64,000 nucleotides of DNA, from positions 1-64,000 of IMG/VR virus record IMGVR_UViG_3300027753_000007; one strand, 5' to 3'. The translations under genes were made by a program, and so were the position numbers. Of this stretch, positions 1-9,749 are shown one piece after another; within the stretch, counting starts at the first letter, position 1; each line of letters starts with the position of its first letter. Source of the DNA: a virus (Duplodnaviria > Caudoviricetes). The notes beneath the pieces were generated by a model. It saw nothing but the letters and a program-made list of their open reading frames with translations, ran no database searches and was not told the origin of the DNA.

Positions 1-194
1 GTGCTAATATACTCAGTTAGTATTTCTAAATTGCTGCCAACTGCTGCTAAAGTATCGACCGAGTTAGTTGGGTCTGCAACTAGGTCTGCATCAAAATCAA
101 AACCAGTCACTACGACCTCTACGAATATAAGTGGTTCCGGTGTAAATCCAGATTGTGCTGGATATATTTTACCGCCATTTCCTTGTGTTACCAT
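1..194 (-). CDS. Partial small virion-type protein, paralog of 299..706 (MVTQGNGGKIYPAQSGF...)
   Basis: Manual translation from ATG at 194 with SD; shares MVTxxNG, ADLVA-P, xLAAVGSxLE with 299..706; late octamer at 226-233; not in ORF track. Confidence 0.8.
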   Translation of the reverse strand, partial: MVTQGNGGKIYPAQSGFTPEPLIFVEVVVTGFDFDADLVADPTNSVDTLAAVGSNLEILTEYIS

Positions 195-251
195 TTTTAA
201 ATTCCTCTACTAATAACTATAAATGTATTTATCAAAAACTTAATTTTTAAC

Positions 252-279
252 AAAAAAAGCAGACCGAAGTCTGCTTTTC
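252..279 (-). terminator. Rho-independent terminator
   Basis: AAAAGCAGAC-TTCG-GTCTGCTTTTTTT on minus strand, cUUCGg loop. Confidence 0.85.
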
Positions 280-298
280 TTCTTAGTTATAAAACTAA

Positions 299-706
299 TT
301 ATGTAGCTGTACCAGGTGTTGCACCTGCAAAACCTGCAAATGTATCAACAGTTGTATTTGCAAAGTTAGGAGTAGCAATTGCATTAATTGCCACTGCTAG
401 TTCTGCTTCAATAGAACTTGATGTGCCTTCTGTGTTACCTGCTGTGAAAGCATTAGCATAATCTACCATTACGTGCAATGTATCATTATCAATTACTGTA
501 ACACCAATAATTGTAGCACGAGCTGCTACAGCTTCTAAAGCCTGTTCTAAACCAGAACCGACCGCTGCGACACGCTGTGCTAGTGTATCAGGACTTGCGA
601 CTAGGTCAGCTAACCATGTGCTAAGATCAGTTGTAATTGTTAGGATACGGACGTCTGCACCAAACCACATACCTTGCTTAGGTGCGCCATTTGCTCTTGT
701 TACCAT
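299..706 (-). CDS. Small putative virion structural protein
   Basis: 135 aa Ala/Thr-rich ORF with SD, late octamer at 757-764 and own terminator. Confidence 0.7.
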   Translation of the reverse strand: MVTRANGAPKQGMWFGADVRILTITTDLSTWLADLVASPDTLAQRVAAVGSGLEQALEAVAARATIIGVTVIDNDTLHVMVDYANAFTAGNTEGTSSSIEAELAVAINAIATPNFANTTVDTFAGFAGATPGTAT

Positions 707-787
707 TTTAAAATCTCCTTAATGTGTTTGACAAGCCTTTTGCTTGCTCTTACTTTTATTTATCTAAAAACAATTATTTTTGTCTTG

Positions 788-1651
788 TTACACCTTAGAT
801 CTAATGTCTAATTCATATATTTCGCCGTCAGTAGCACGTATAAACGCTGAGATACCTTCCCTCACATAGGAAACGCTAACTACATCCTGTACTACAGCCT
901 GCTCCTTTAGCTCCTCAACCAGTGCATCGAATTCAGTATCCCAGCTTTCCTCAAGCGGAACCTCATCGACCTCATAGGAATTGAACAAGCTCCATTTTTT
1001 GTTTGGGTCGTATCGCAAACCTAAAGCTAGTCCCGCAAGACCTGCGCCAGCAATCGTAGCAATCGCTTTGCCCAAGGACTTCGTTTTACCAAACGTGCCT
1101 GGCGTGCCTTTCGCTACAATTCCTAGGTATGGGATCACTTCTGCTTGTGCAGAATGACGGCGAATTATCCGTGTTAGTTGTTTAGCTGCGCTCTGCTGCT
1201 GTGACTGATTCAAGCTTCCCCATGCTAATACGTCTCGGCGTACTCCCTTCAAAACTGAGTTTGAGATAGCAAGCCTACGTTCAATTTTTAGCACAAAGGC
1301 GTTCATTGTAGAGATAGTTACATGTCCTCTGGCCATGCCGCGCATTACCTGCAAAAACTTTGCTTGGTCAGTTTGCATTAGGCTGCTGTGGTCACCAAAA
1401 ACATAGTACGCAAGCACATACAAGTCTGTAGCCGATGACCTAAAATAATCAAAGTTACCAAACGCCACTGTCTGTCCTGCGTAATCCTGTGCCCAATATG
1501 CTGTCTTCTCATGTAGCCCTAGCATAATAGTTGCCAGCAGCACCGCATAAAACAGTTCTTGCATCTCTTGTTCGCTACGTTTGTCCAACGAAGTAGATGA
1601 CCGGAAGATCCTGCTCTCGCATAACGTGTTTATTAGTTGGTATTCTGGCAT
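788..1651 (-). CDS. Conserved hypothetical, probable head-associated protein
   Basis: 287 aa, translationally coupled to upstream gene; N-terminal L-C-E|S processing-like motif. Confidence 0.6.
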   Translation of the reverse strand: MPEYQLINTLCESRIFRSSTSLDKRSEQEMQELFYAVLLATIMLGLHEKTAYWAQDYAGQTVAFGNFDYFRSSATDLYVLAYYVFGDHSSLMQTDQAKFLQVMRGMARGHVTISTMNAFVLKIERRLAISNSVLKGVRRDVLAWGSLNQSQQQSAAKQLTRIIRRHSAQAEVIPYLGIVAKGTPGTFGKTKSLGKAIATIAGAGLAGLALGLRYDPNKKWSLFNSYEVDEVPLEESWDTEFDALVEELKEQAVVQDVVSVSYVREGISAFIRATDGEIYELDIRSKV

Positions 1652-3699
1652 TATCTCACCTTATTAAAATTCTTTTGTGTAAAGTCAAGTCTGTTTACCA
1701 GCTTAACTGCGTTACCCTTGTGACCCACAGCAACAAAACCCTCAGGGTTCGTTACTTCGTATCCGTTGTCAGTCTTTACAAATGTTTTTACACTGTCAAG
1801 CACGTTTAGCTTGTTCACAAGTGCAAGCTTCATTTCATTTAGATCATTATATAATGTAAGCAAATGATAGATAGCCTTTATATTCTCTTTAGCAAACTGT
1901 TTGCCAGTTTTGACCTTGTCCTCACGTTTTTGTTGGAACGCTGGCGAGACCTTATCCATGCCTTGCCTTGTTTTATCAGTGAAAAACTTGAGAAACTCTT
2001 TAACAAATGCAGCTGGGTTACCACCATGCTTGCCACTACGCACACGATGATTAACAAACGCCTTAACGTAATTCTTAAACAGTGGATCAGCCATAAGCTT
2101 ACCGACTTCCTTCGGAGTCGTAGCCTTCAGTGTCGCTTTTGCCTGGTTGATACGTGAAGTTAATTCCGCATCCTCTTCATCTGTTAGCGATGCAACACCA
2201 GTGTAGTCCTTATACGTAGCGTCATCTACCCATACGTTGTTAGGTATCCTCAATTGAGATATATCAACACCATAGGACATAGGCATCTCATTAACGCTAT
2301 CTGCTTCACCATAGGATGTGTGGAACACAACGCCGAACTCGCACTTAGAAATCTTTTGACCTAGCTTGCTATTAGCTGGGACAGCATACGTAATGGTGTT
2401 TGGCGTAAACGTCACGTAGTCTTCGCCGTCAATATCCTGATGCACTAGCGAGTCTTTTGCAAACATAAGATCACCTTGGATCATGTTTGTAATTCCCATA
2501 CCTTTGAGGTACTTGTGTGCTACCATTAACTTATTTGCTAGGTCAGGCACATCACTATAATAGCGTTTTGCATCTGCTGCCGACTTGATGAGCTTAGGGT
2601 TCTTTGACAGGACTGCTTTCGTGCCTACGAAAAACTTCCCGTCCTTAGGATCAATGCCAGCAAACACAGCAGGACTACCGTCCCACTTCACTGTTACTGC
2701 ACCTCTGTATCCCTTACCCTTAGCCAGCATGTTGTATACACCACTAGCAAAACGTATCGCTTCCTTAGCACCATTGTAACCATCGTTAAACAATAGGTCT
2801 TCCAAATGCTCTAGGTGGACTGTAGCTTCGCGCAACACAGTGGACTCGTTTAAGCTCGCTGGATCAAAATCTGGCACTCTATCTTTAATGGATGCAGCAA
2901 ACGCATCAACAATTTTTTTGTATGTCGCAGGGTGGTATGCCTTCTTAGCAGCCTTCATTACGGATTCCGCGCTGTTCAGTGCAGCAGGATCGTTGACCTT
3001 GCCCTTAAATAGAATCTTTACAATCTCAGCAGGGTCGTATAGCGGTTCTGTTAACGCCTCAGTCTCCTGTGCCTTCACATATAGACCTGGCTTATGCACA
3101 TTTTTACGACTGGTGCGGATGATTTTTTGTAAGCCGTTTTTAGGACTCCATACCCATCGCACTGATTTTATTGGACGACCAAAATTATCTTTAGCCTTAC
3201 TAGCTTTGAGGTCTAGGAAGGCAGCAACCACAGCTAACGCTTGGTTACGTATTACACCCTTGTACTTAGACTCGTTGCCTGCCGAATAATAATACGTGCG
3301 CATCCATTCAGGATCGCCTGGGATTAGATCGACCTGCACATAGCCTGTACGTGGTTGGCGCCCTTGCTTACTTTCGTCATAATTTTGTATTGGTAGGCGT
3401 ATCGAAACGTTACCAGCAACACCAGTAACACTTTGGTTGCCAAGTTTCTTGCGTAGCTTGTCAGACAATTCGTTCATCTGATCTCTATCTAAATTGACTG
3501 CTACGTCAATGTCTCCGGAATAGTCTACCTTGCCAACACTACCCAAAACATAATCTTGGGCATTTGGGATTCCGGTGACTTTGGATATATACTTGAGGGT
3601 CGCAGGAAGTTCATCTATATAAACCGTACCAACATCTGGGAAGGCGTTGCCGCCCTCAACCAGTGCTTTCCGTTCTGTAAGTAATTCCATTGCTTTCAT
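1651..3699 (-). CDS. Fusion: Pol-beta-like nucleotidyltransferase domain plus ATP-grasp ligase-like (DUF6267-type) domain
   Basis: N-half GSVGK..SGDIDVAV and VQVDL; C-half KWDG, QGDLMF, EGFV, AVKLV matching covalent nucleotidyltransferase motifs I, III, IV, V. Confidence 0.6.
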   Translation of the reverse strand: MKAMELLTERKALVEGGNAFPDVGTVYIDELPATLKYISKVTGIPNAQDYVLGSVGKVDYSGDIDVAVNLDRDQMNELSDKLRKKLGNQSVTGVAGNVSIRLPIQNYDESKQGRQPRTGYVQVDLIPGDPEWMRTYYYSAGNESKYKGVIRNQALAVVAAFLDLKASKAKDNFGRPIKSVRWVWSPKNGLQKIIRTSRKNVHKPGLYVKAQETEALTEPLYDPAEIVKILFKGKVNDPAALNSAESVMKAAKKAYHPATYKKIVDAFAASIKDRVPDFDPASLNESTVLREATVHLEHLEDLLFNDGYNGAKEAIRFASGVYNMLAKGKGYRGAVTVKWDGSPAVFAGIDPKDGKFFVGTKAVLSKNPKLIKSAADAKRYYSDVPDLANKLMVAHKYLKGMGITNMIQGDLMFAKDSLVHQDIDGEDYVTFTPNTITYAVPANSKLGQKISKCEFGVVFHTSYGEADSVNEMPMSYGVDISQLRIPNNVWVDDATYKDYTGVASLTDEEDAELTSRINQAKATLKATTPKEVGKLMADPLFKNYVKAFVNHRVRSGKHGGNPAAFVKEFLKFFTDKTRQGMDKVSPAFQQKREDKVKTGKQFAKENIKAIYHLLTLYNDLNEMKLALVNKLNVLDSVKTFVKTDNGYEVTNPEGFVAVGHKGNAVKLVNRLDFTQKNFNKVR

Positions 3700-3804
3700 T
3701 TTTATATCCTATATTAGTATTACTCTGCGGGGAATTGCTTTGTGCAGGCCTTTAGACACTGCTCGAAAACTAGTTGTAACACTTTGCCCCCGCAGAGTAA
3801 ATTC

Positions 3805-5208
3805 TTATTCGTATTCGCTACGTGAAACCACGTCTGAATTATCTTCATAATCATAATGTGGTTCGTACATGTCAGCATCACAATCAGCGCATATCTCATC
3901 GCTATGGCGACTGACGTTATCGTGTGTTAGTGGTACATGGCAACGTGTACACTCATCACCGACTTTCTCAGACAATACATTCACTTCACCAGTAGCCTTA
4001 TAGCTTTCCCATGCTTTATATACATGACCAAGCTTTGGTTCTTTTGGTTGTAGACGATCAGCTTTTGCAGCCTCAATAGCATCATCGCGGAACTTCCTCA
4101 TCAGTTCGAGATAATACTTTGCAGTCCTAGGTAGTGCAATTTTTGCATTCTTAGAGAATTTCCTCGCGCGATTATACATTTCTTTGCGCCAGTTGTGTCG
4201 ATCAAAATTCCAGAGGGCACGCCGGTCCCACGATTTATCACCACCAGATAATCCTAAACCCATAGTATCATGTATACTACTAAATGTTTCAAACGGTGTC
4301 GGGGATTTAGTAACTTCTCTAAGCTTAAACATAGCCTTACGTAAATTCCCCATCTTAACTTCGTTTTTATCTTCTCTATCTTGTTGCCACTCGTAACCGC
4401 CTTTTCCTAGGTCTTCATCACCAGTAGCAAACGCTATAAGGGCATCTTTAATAGCTTCTGCGTGGAGTGCAGCCTCTTTGCGTAAACGATCTCCGTATAT
4501 GGTTTCTAGCCTTTTAGCAAACTCGTCTGCCTTAGCCTCTTTCATATCGTTCTGTCGATCTTTTTCTATATCAAGATGCTCACCTTGATCGCGCTGTGAA
4601 TTAAAGTTAGAGCTGTACCACTTCCATCCAGCCCCCGGAACATTCGCAAAAACTTCTTTGAGTGAATAAAAAGATTTTTCTTTGAATTGAGGTGCAAAAT
4701 CAGTTGTAAGAACATACATGTGCCCCGAAGACCACGCCCTTGGGCGCTCTCGAACAAACGCAACACCCATTGGGCTAACTGCTATAAGTGTACTTCTGTT
4801 TTTCAGTGCGGAGCTAGCCTGACCCTTAGTCTTAAGTGGTGTCCATTCGGCATCGTGAGGGATAGCTTTGCCAGTAGCCTTATAAATATATTTGACCTGC
4901 TTTGGAGTGAGACCGATATCAGACATACTGGATGCTTCTGTAATCACAGATTCTTCTACAGGGGCTTTTACCTTGCGAACCCATTCACGGCGAATATATA
5001 CTTTCTCACCGTTGTCTAATTTAACTGCGTATTCGATAACCCACGGAACCATTGCTGAGAATGTTGGTTCACGGTAAGCAGCAACAATCACGCCTTCTTC
5101 GCCTTCGTGGTCGCCATTCTGTAGTTTAACTCGATTACCAATTGCTTTAGAATCAAACGGCCCAGACTGTTGCTTTCTTGAACCTCTTGTAGGATTTGCC
5201 CATGACAT
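3805..5208 (-). CDS. Hypothetical multi-domain protein with C-terminal Zn ribbon, probable internal head protein
   Basis: 467 aa; CTRC..CADC; I-T-E|A motif. Confidence 0.55.
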   Translation of the reverse strand: MSWANPTRGSRKQQSGPFDSKAIGNRVKLQNGDHEGEEGVIVAAYREPTFSAMVPWVIEYAVKLDNGEKVYIRREWVRKVKAPVEESVITEASSMSDIGLTPKQVKYIYKATGKAIPHDAEWTPLKTKGQASSALKNRSTLIAVSPMGVAFVRERPRAWSSGHMYVLTTDFAPQFKEKSFYSLKEVFANVPGAGWKWYSSNFNSQRDQGEHLDIEKDRQNDMKEAKADEFAKRLETIYGDRLRKEAALHAEAIKDALIAFATGDEDLGKGGYEWQQDREDKNEVKMGNLRKAMFKLREVTKSPTPFETFSSIHDTMGLGLSGGDKSWDRRALWNFDRHNWRKEMYNRARKFSKNAKIALPRTAKYYLELMRKFRDDAIEAAKADRLQPKEPKLGHVYKAWESYKATGEVNVLSEKVGDECTRCHVPLTHDNVSRHSDEICADCDADMYEPHYDYEDNSDVVSRSEYE

Positions 5209-5221
5209 AATGTGTTTTCCT

Positions 5222-5506
5222 TTATATTAGATAGCCGGCTTCTATGGCGGCTTCGTTTATCATTTCTTGCATCTTTTTACGGGATGCATAATCATCTGTC
5301 TTTATGCTAAGAGGTTGCCACTTAGCAAATTTATTTAGTTGCTTGTATAATCCGCTAGCGATTACTTTGTCACCTTCAGTAACAGTAATACGCAAAAATT
5401 CCCTAGCTTCGTCACCTGGACGTTCTAGGCGAACTTCAACTACATAGTCTCCGCGGCGAAACCTACGCTTTGTCTTTAGTTGGCGTTGTATTTCTACAAG
5501 CCTCAC
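5222..5506 (-). CDS. Hypothetical protein (MRLVE start)
   Basis: GTG start overlapping upstream TAG. Confidence 0.6.
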   Translation of the reverse strand: MRLVEIQRQLKTKRRFRRGDYVVEVRLERPGDEAREFLRITVTEGDKVIASGLYKQLNKFAKWQPLSIKTDDYASRKKMQEMINEAAIEAGYLI

Positions 5507-5790
5507 TATTCGTCTCCGCTCTCTTTACTCTCACGTATTTTACGGATGGAGCGTATAAACTTGTTTGGATCGCCATTCTTAATACTGCTTAAAAAGCGGC
5601 GAGTAACAGCCTCAGCTTCTTCTTCAGTGTAATTCTCAGTGAGAATTTGCAAAAAGTAAATTGCAGAAGAAATAATATGATGACCACGTGCTTCAACAAC
5701 ATGCTCTTTCTTCTTTACAGGAATGGCTCGGTTCAGTTCTTCCAGAATAGAGCGAGAACTCTGCTGCATTGGGATTTTCTTGTTGTTCAC
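5506..5790 (-). CDS. Conserved hypothetical late protein
   Basis: SD GGAG plus GTG; late-type GGTAAATA at 5823-5830. Confidence 0.65.
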   Translation of the reverse strand: MNNKKIPMQQSSRSILEELNRAIPVKKKEHVVEARGHHIISSAIYFLQILTENYTEEEAEAVTRRFLSSIKNGDPNKFIRSIRKIRESKESGDE

Positions 5791-5854
5791 CAGTAAGACT
5801 CCTAAAGATTGCTACTAGTATGTATTTACCAGATTTCATGTCAAAGCCATAGAC

Positions 5855-5891
5855 AAAAAGATAGGGTGGAGATTTTTACACCCCCACCCTA
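5855..5891 (-). terminator. Terminator after helicase
   Basis: TAGGGTGG/CCACCCTA stem followed by T-run on minus strand. Confidence 0.65.
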
Positions 5892-5909
5892 ATTATTAGA
5901 CGTCACAAC

Positions 5910-7304
5910 CTAAATGTTTTTACGTTTTACCAAGTCTCGCAGCGCCTTAGCATCCCCAAGCCCTGACTTCTTTGGTTGATTATGTTTGTCCGTCACTATG
6001 TTTGTCTTTTTCAAGCTGTCCAAAATGTTTGTTGCAGTAGCCATTGTAGCATCTGCTTCACCTTCTTCTAGATCCTTAATACGTAGCGTTTTTATATCAA
6101 ACTTCAAGTCAACTTTGCTACCAACACCAGCTGAGGATCGTGTCTTCATAAACTGTATTTGGTAGCGACCACTCTCTTTCATTGAGATTGTCGTAAAAAT
6201 ACCAATAACATTATCTGCTGTGTTAATTTTTGAGATACCGCCCGAAATATGACTGTGGTCAAATTCGATTTCATCGTGGGAACTGCGGTTTAGCTGTGAG
6301 GCTGTGACCATTGCCACGCTTAAATCAATACCAATGTTACGCAACTCCTCAGCCACATACTTGTCCTTTACAAACAAATCGCTGGGGCTTACACGCTTGT
6401 CAATGGGCATACACAAATCCAAATAGTCCACCAATATAGCGTCTACCTTACGCTTAGTCTGCGTCTCGTACTCCTTCACAAATGCACGTATATCGTTTGA
6501 GGTACAGCCATTCTTCAACTGCTTAATAATCAACGTGCCTTTCTCTTGGAGACCCTTATAGTACGCTTTTACACGCAAATCAACGTCATCAATGTTCTTC
6601 ATAATTTCTTTTGTGCCGTAGCCTGAGGTCATTGCGTCAAGCCTCATCGAACACAAATGCTCACTCAACTCCAAACTCAAGTACACAACGTTCTGTCCAT
6701 TGGATGCCATGTTGATCGCTAAGTTTTGCAAAAACAAGCTCTTACCCGCGCCAGACTGTCCTGCAAAAATTGTTAGTGTGCCACGTTCAATACCGCCGTA
6801 CAATTTATCATCAACTGTTTTCCAGCCTGTGCTAATCATGCTGCGCCGTTCGCGCATTTCACGCAAGCGTTCTGCTACGTTCATAAAGTAATCCGTGCCC
6901 AGATCCTTCACAATGCCAAGCTCTGCTGCCTGTTTAATTTTCTCAACGACCTCACCCAGCCTATCGTTCTTTATGAGGTCTAGTGATTCATACACTGCTA
7001 AACACGCTGCCTTTTGCTGGCAGAACCGTTCAAATTCTTTTAGGAACCAGTCGGTGTGTTCGCTGTTAAGGTCCTCAATCACTTCAACCGCTTTGCCTGT
7101 AATTGCTTTTACCTGTTCCTTACCTGGCAACGCAGTGTGTTCGTCTGTGTAATCCATCATGAACTGTATGATCTTTTTATTATCAGGATCGTCAAAGAAT
7201 CCTGGTTTCATAATGTTCTTTACACGCACAAATGTCTCTGGATCAGAGTATAAAAACTGTACAAATAGGTCTTCTATGTCGTCGGAGTATTCTTTAATAT
7301 CCAT
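5910..7304 (-). CDS. 41: Replicative DnaB-family helicase (T4 gp41-like)
   Basis: Walker A GQSGAGKS, YLSLELS, VDYLDL, TASQLNR. Confidence 0.93.
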   Translation of the reverse strand: MDIKEYSDDIEDLFVQFLYSDPETFVRVKNIMKPGFFDDPDNKKIIQFMMDYTDEHTALPGKEQVKAITGKAVEVIEDLNSEHTDWFLKEFERFCQQKAACLAVYESLDLIKNDRLGEVVEKIKQAAELGIVKDLGTDYFMNVAERLREMRERRSMISTGWKTVDDKLYGGIERGTLTIFAGQSGAGKSLFLQNLAINMASNGQNVVYLSLELSEHLCSMRLDAMTSGYGTKEIMKNIDDVDLRVKAYYKGLQEKGTLIIKQLKNGCTSNDIRAFVKEYETQTKRKVDAILVDYLDLCMPIDKRVSPSDLFVKDKYVAEELRNIGIDLSVAMVTASQLNRSSHDEIEFDHSHISGGISKINTADNVIGIFTTISMKESGRYQIQFMKTRSSAGVGSKVDLKFDIKTLRIKDLEEGEADATMATATNILDSLKKTNIVTDKHNQPKKSGLGDAKALRDLVKRKNI

Positions 7305-8346
7305 ATGCGTTCCTGTCTAATTTGCGTTTCATGCGTATAGCAAAGCTATCCGTTTCTGCTGTGTCAATTATGCTTTTTATTGTTAGTATATGACCGTAGC
7401 GTTCTGCTGCTTGGCTTGCGTCTTTGATTATTCTGCCCTTATCATCTCTGCGCCAGTTTGGAAAGGCAACTGCCCATTTATTCTCAATTGCTATTTCGAT
7501 AAGTCCATCGCCGCTTGCGTCACGGTCAGGACACAGAATCTTTTGTGCTGGTACTTTATTTATTACCGCAGCCTGTTCATCGTTAATATTATTGTGCAAG
7601 ACTCCAATGCCATCAGTTACAATAGCATCTATTACACCCTCATTAATAATAACGTATTTCTTGTCGTAGTCGTCTTGGTCATCAAGTCCGTAAATAAAGT
7701 TTACTGGCATATTATTGTGGTACTTAGGTGCGCTACCCCCACCAAATGCTAATCGACCAGTCCACCCTACAAGCTCACCTCTATAATAGTATGGGATTGT
7801 GAGCCGCTTATTAAACATAAAATCTTTGTGCGGTGTCCATGCCATCTTATCTATGTCTAGTATATTTCTACTTATCGCATACTCAACGACCTTGATGAAA
7901 TTTTCGTCATCACAATTATTTTGCAACCAAAAGCGTATTGTATGACAATCAGGCATAGGTTCTTCCACAGGGCGCCATTTCTCTGTTATAGACCCTTTTA
8001 GTATTCCTCCACCAAAAGAGTGTACATTACTCTTGTTTACAAACGCATTGAACCGCAGCTTGTCTACATCTGATTTCGGCACACCTATCCCGTTCAATAA
8101 AAACACCATGCCCCGACTCAGTTCCTGTCCAGGTTGCCAAGATGCAGAGAACCCACAATTAAAGCAATTGGCGCCCACAGCTCCACCAGGACTAAAGAGT
8201 ATTCCGAATCTTTGCTTTTGGTCGGCGTTGTGTCCACGTAGATGACACAACTGGCAGTTTGTCTTTAACCAACCCGAGGGTGTAGGTCGCAAGCCGTAAA
8301 TATACTGCGTTAAGATGTCTTTAAATTCGTCGTGGAACTCTGCCAT
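7294..8346 (-). CDS. 61: DNA primase (T4 gp61-like)
   Basis: Zn-binding CQLC..CFNC, TOPRIM INEGVIDAI and PDRD; adjacent to helicase. Confidence 0.88.
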   Translation of the reverse strand: MAEFHDEFKDILTQYIYGLRPTPSGWLKTNCQLCHLRGHNADQKQRFGILFSPGGAVGANCFNCGFSASWQPGQELSRGMVFLLNGIGVPKSDVDKLRFNAFVNKSNVHSFGGGILKGSITEKWRPVEEPMPDCHTIRFWLQNNCDDENFIKVVEYAISRNILDIDKMAWTPHKDFMFNKRLTIPYYYRGELVGWTGRLAFGGGSAPKYHNNMPVNFIYGLDDQDDYDKKYVIINEGVIDAIVTDGIGVLHNNINDEQAAVINKVPAQKILCPDRDASGDGLIEIAIENKWAVAFPNWRRDDKGRIIKDASQAAERYGHILTIKSIIDTAETDSFAIRMKRKLDRNAYGY

Positions 8347-8352
8347 TCCTTT

Positions 8353-8381
8353 ATTATAGCATAGCCGCTATAAAATAGCAA
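8353..8381 (-). promoter_or_regulatory. sigma70-type promoter of primase-helicase operon
   Basis: TTGCTA-17-TATAAT; ATG 6 nt after -10. Confidence 0.7.
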
Positions 8382-8386
8382 GTCTT

Positions 8387-9226
8387 TTAGCGTATCATTA
8401 CCTTTTCAACAGTACCAGTATTGTCTGCATCTGGGACATAAGATATAATTAGCCACATAAAGTTTGCCTCAAACGTGTGGGCTGTTAGACCAGTGTAGTT
8501 TGTAAACTCAATGTAATTAGTACCAGTTGTAATGTCCACAGGGAAATAATCGTTGGGGTTGGATGGTGGACGTAATTCAAGCGAGGCTTTCACCTGTACC
8601 GTTCCAGTGAATCCTGTGGTGTAGACGGAGAAGGTGTGGACAGCATTGAGATGATTTTTTACTCTTTCACCTGGGATAGCAGACGAGTAATATGTGCGGG
8701 GACCGTTGCGGTCACTTACGCTATACCAGTCTGTGGTTTCAAAGACAACCGTTGGTACTGGGGTAGGATCAGCGGATGCAAGCACCTCAACTTTTGCTAC
8801 GATCTCACCTGTGCCATCAGTATAGAATGGTGTGGCGAAATTCTCGCCTACTGTTAGCTGTGGAACTAACGCTTCTTGCCCTACGACAACTAGATCATAA
8901 AAACCTGGAGCAATATTTACAAGGTCACCTTCACTGATCCAGAGCCTTGCGTCACCTTTGGTTGACGATAAGCTGCAAGTGCGGTCTAAGACGCGCTCGC
9001 GGTTCTCGGCGCTAACCAACCTTGCATTTAGGGTTAGGTGGTCAACGGAGACAGCCTTTCGATCTCGGTTCATAATCCTAAAATCAATTTGGTTATCTAC
9101 GCCTTTGTGTACTTTTATTAATCGTTTGTTCATAGGTTCATTGTCCAGTCTAGTGCAATTGCGTATGACGTTATCCACAAACATCAGGTCAATGCGGTTT
9201 TCATATATAAAGAGGTCGTATAGCAT
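8387..9226 (-). CDS. Conserved late protein, probable virion component
   Basis: Beta-rich ORF; start reassigned to ATG 9226, 5 nt after GATAAATA (9232-9239). Confidence 0.6.
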   Translation of the reverse strand: MLYDLFIYENRIDLMFVDNVIRNCTRLDNEPMNKRLIKVHKGVDNQIDFRIMNRDRKAVSVDHLTLNARLVSAENRERVLDRTCSLSSTKGDARLWISEGDLVNIAPGFYDLVVVGQEALVPQLTVGENFATPFYTDGTGEIVAKVEVLASADPTPVPTVVFETTDWYSVSDRNGPRTYYSSAIPGERVKNHLNAVHTFSVYTTGFTGTVQVKASLELRPPSNPNDYFPVDITTGTNYIEFTNYTGLTAHTFEANFMWLIISYVPDADNTGTVEKVMIR

Positions 9227-9332
9227 AATTGTATTTATCACATAACACTGTCTATCTTAACATCTAATTCTTTCAATCTTTTATCCGCATCTTATAAATA
9301 ATGATGTAAACTACAACTATAATGGAACCAGC

Positions 9333-9704
9333 ATGGACTTTGACGAGATAGAACAAATACAAGAACAATTCCCGTTTTTGAGTGGCATAAAACATGTAGA
9401 CGTCGAATATATCTGCATCATTCAAAATGTTGATGATAAAATTATGAGTTTCTATGATTTTACGTCTATCAAATCTAAAAGCGAACGCAAACTGTTTTTA
9501 GAGTTTGGTGAGATTTGGTGGTGGGAAAGCAACAGACATCTGCCAATCAATATATTCCTCCAAGGTCAAATGGATCAGTTCCGCGGATGCTTACGCACTA
9601 TCAATATGAAAGACGTAGAGATTTTATTCGGCCCAGTAACTTCCCTCAATGACCTGTTCAAAAAGCGCATCAAGCGCCGTCAAATACAATTGGTGAAAAA
9701 ATAG
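9333..9704 (+). CDS. Conserved hypothetical protein (WWWESNR motif)
   Basis: 123 aa; perfect TATAAATA at 9293-9300 upstream. Confidence 0.65.
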   Translation: MDFDEIEQIQEQFPFLSGIKHVDVEYICIIQNVDDKIMSFYDFTSIKSKSERKLFLEFGEIWWWESNRHLPINIFLQGQMDQFRGCLRTINMKDVEILFGPVTSLNDLFKKRIKRRQIQLVKK

Positions 9705-9749
9705 CTTCTTAGATAAATACTAGTAATCACACAACGTAGGAACTAGTAA

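Noticed and set aside
1-213. 70-aa plus-strand ORF
   Set aside because: Antisense shadow of the SD-led minus-strand paralog at <1..194
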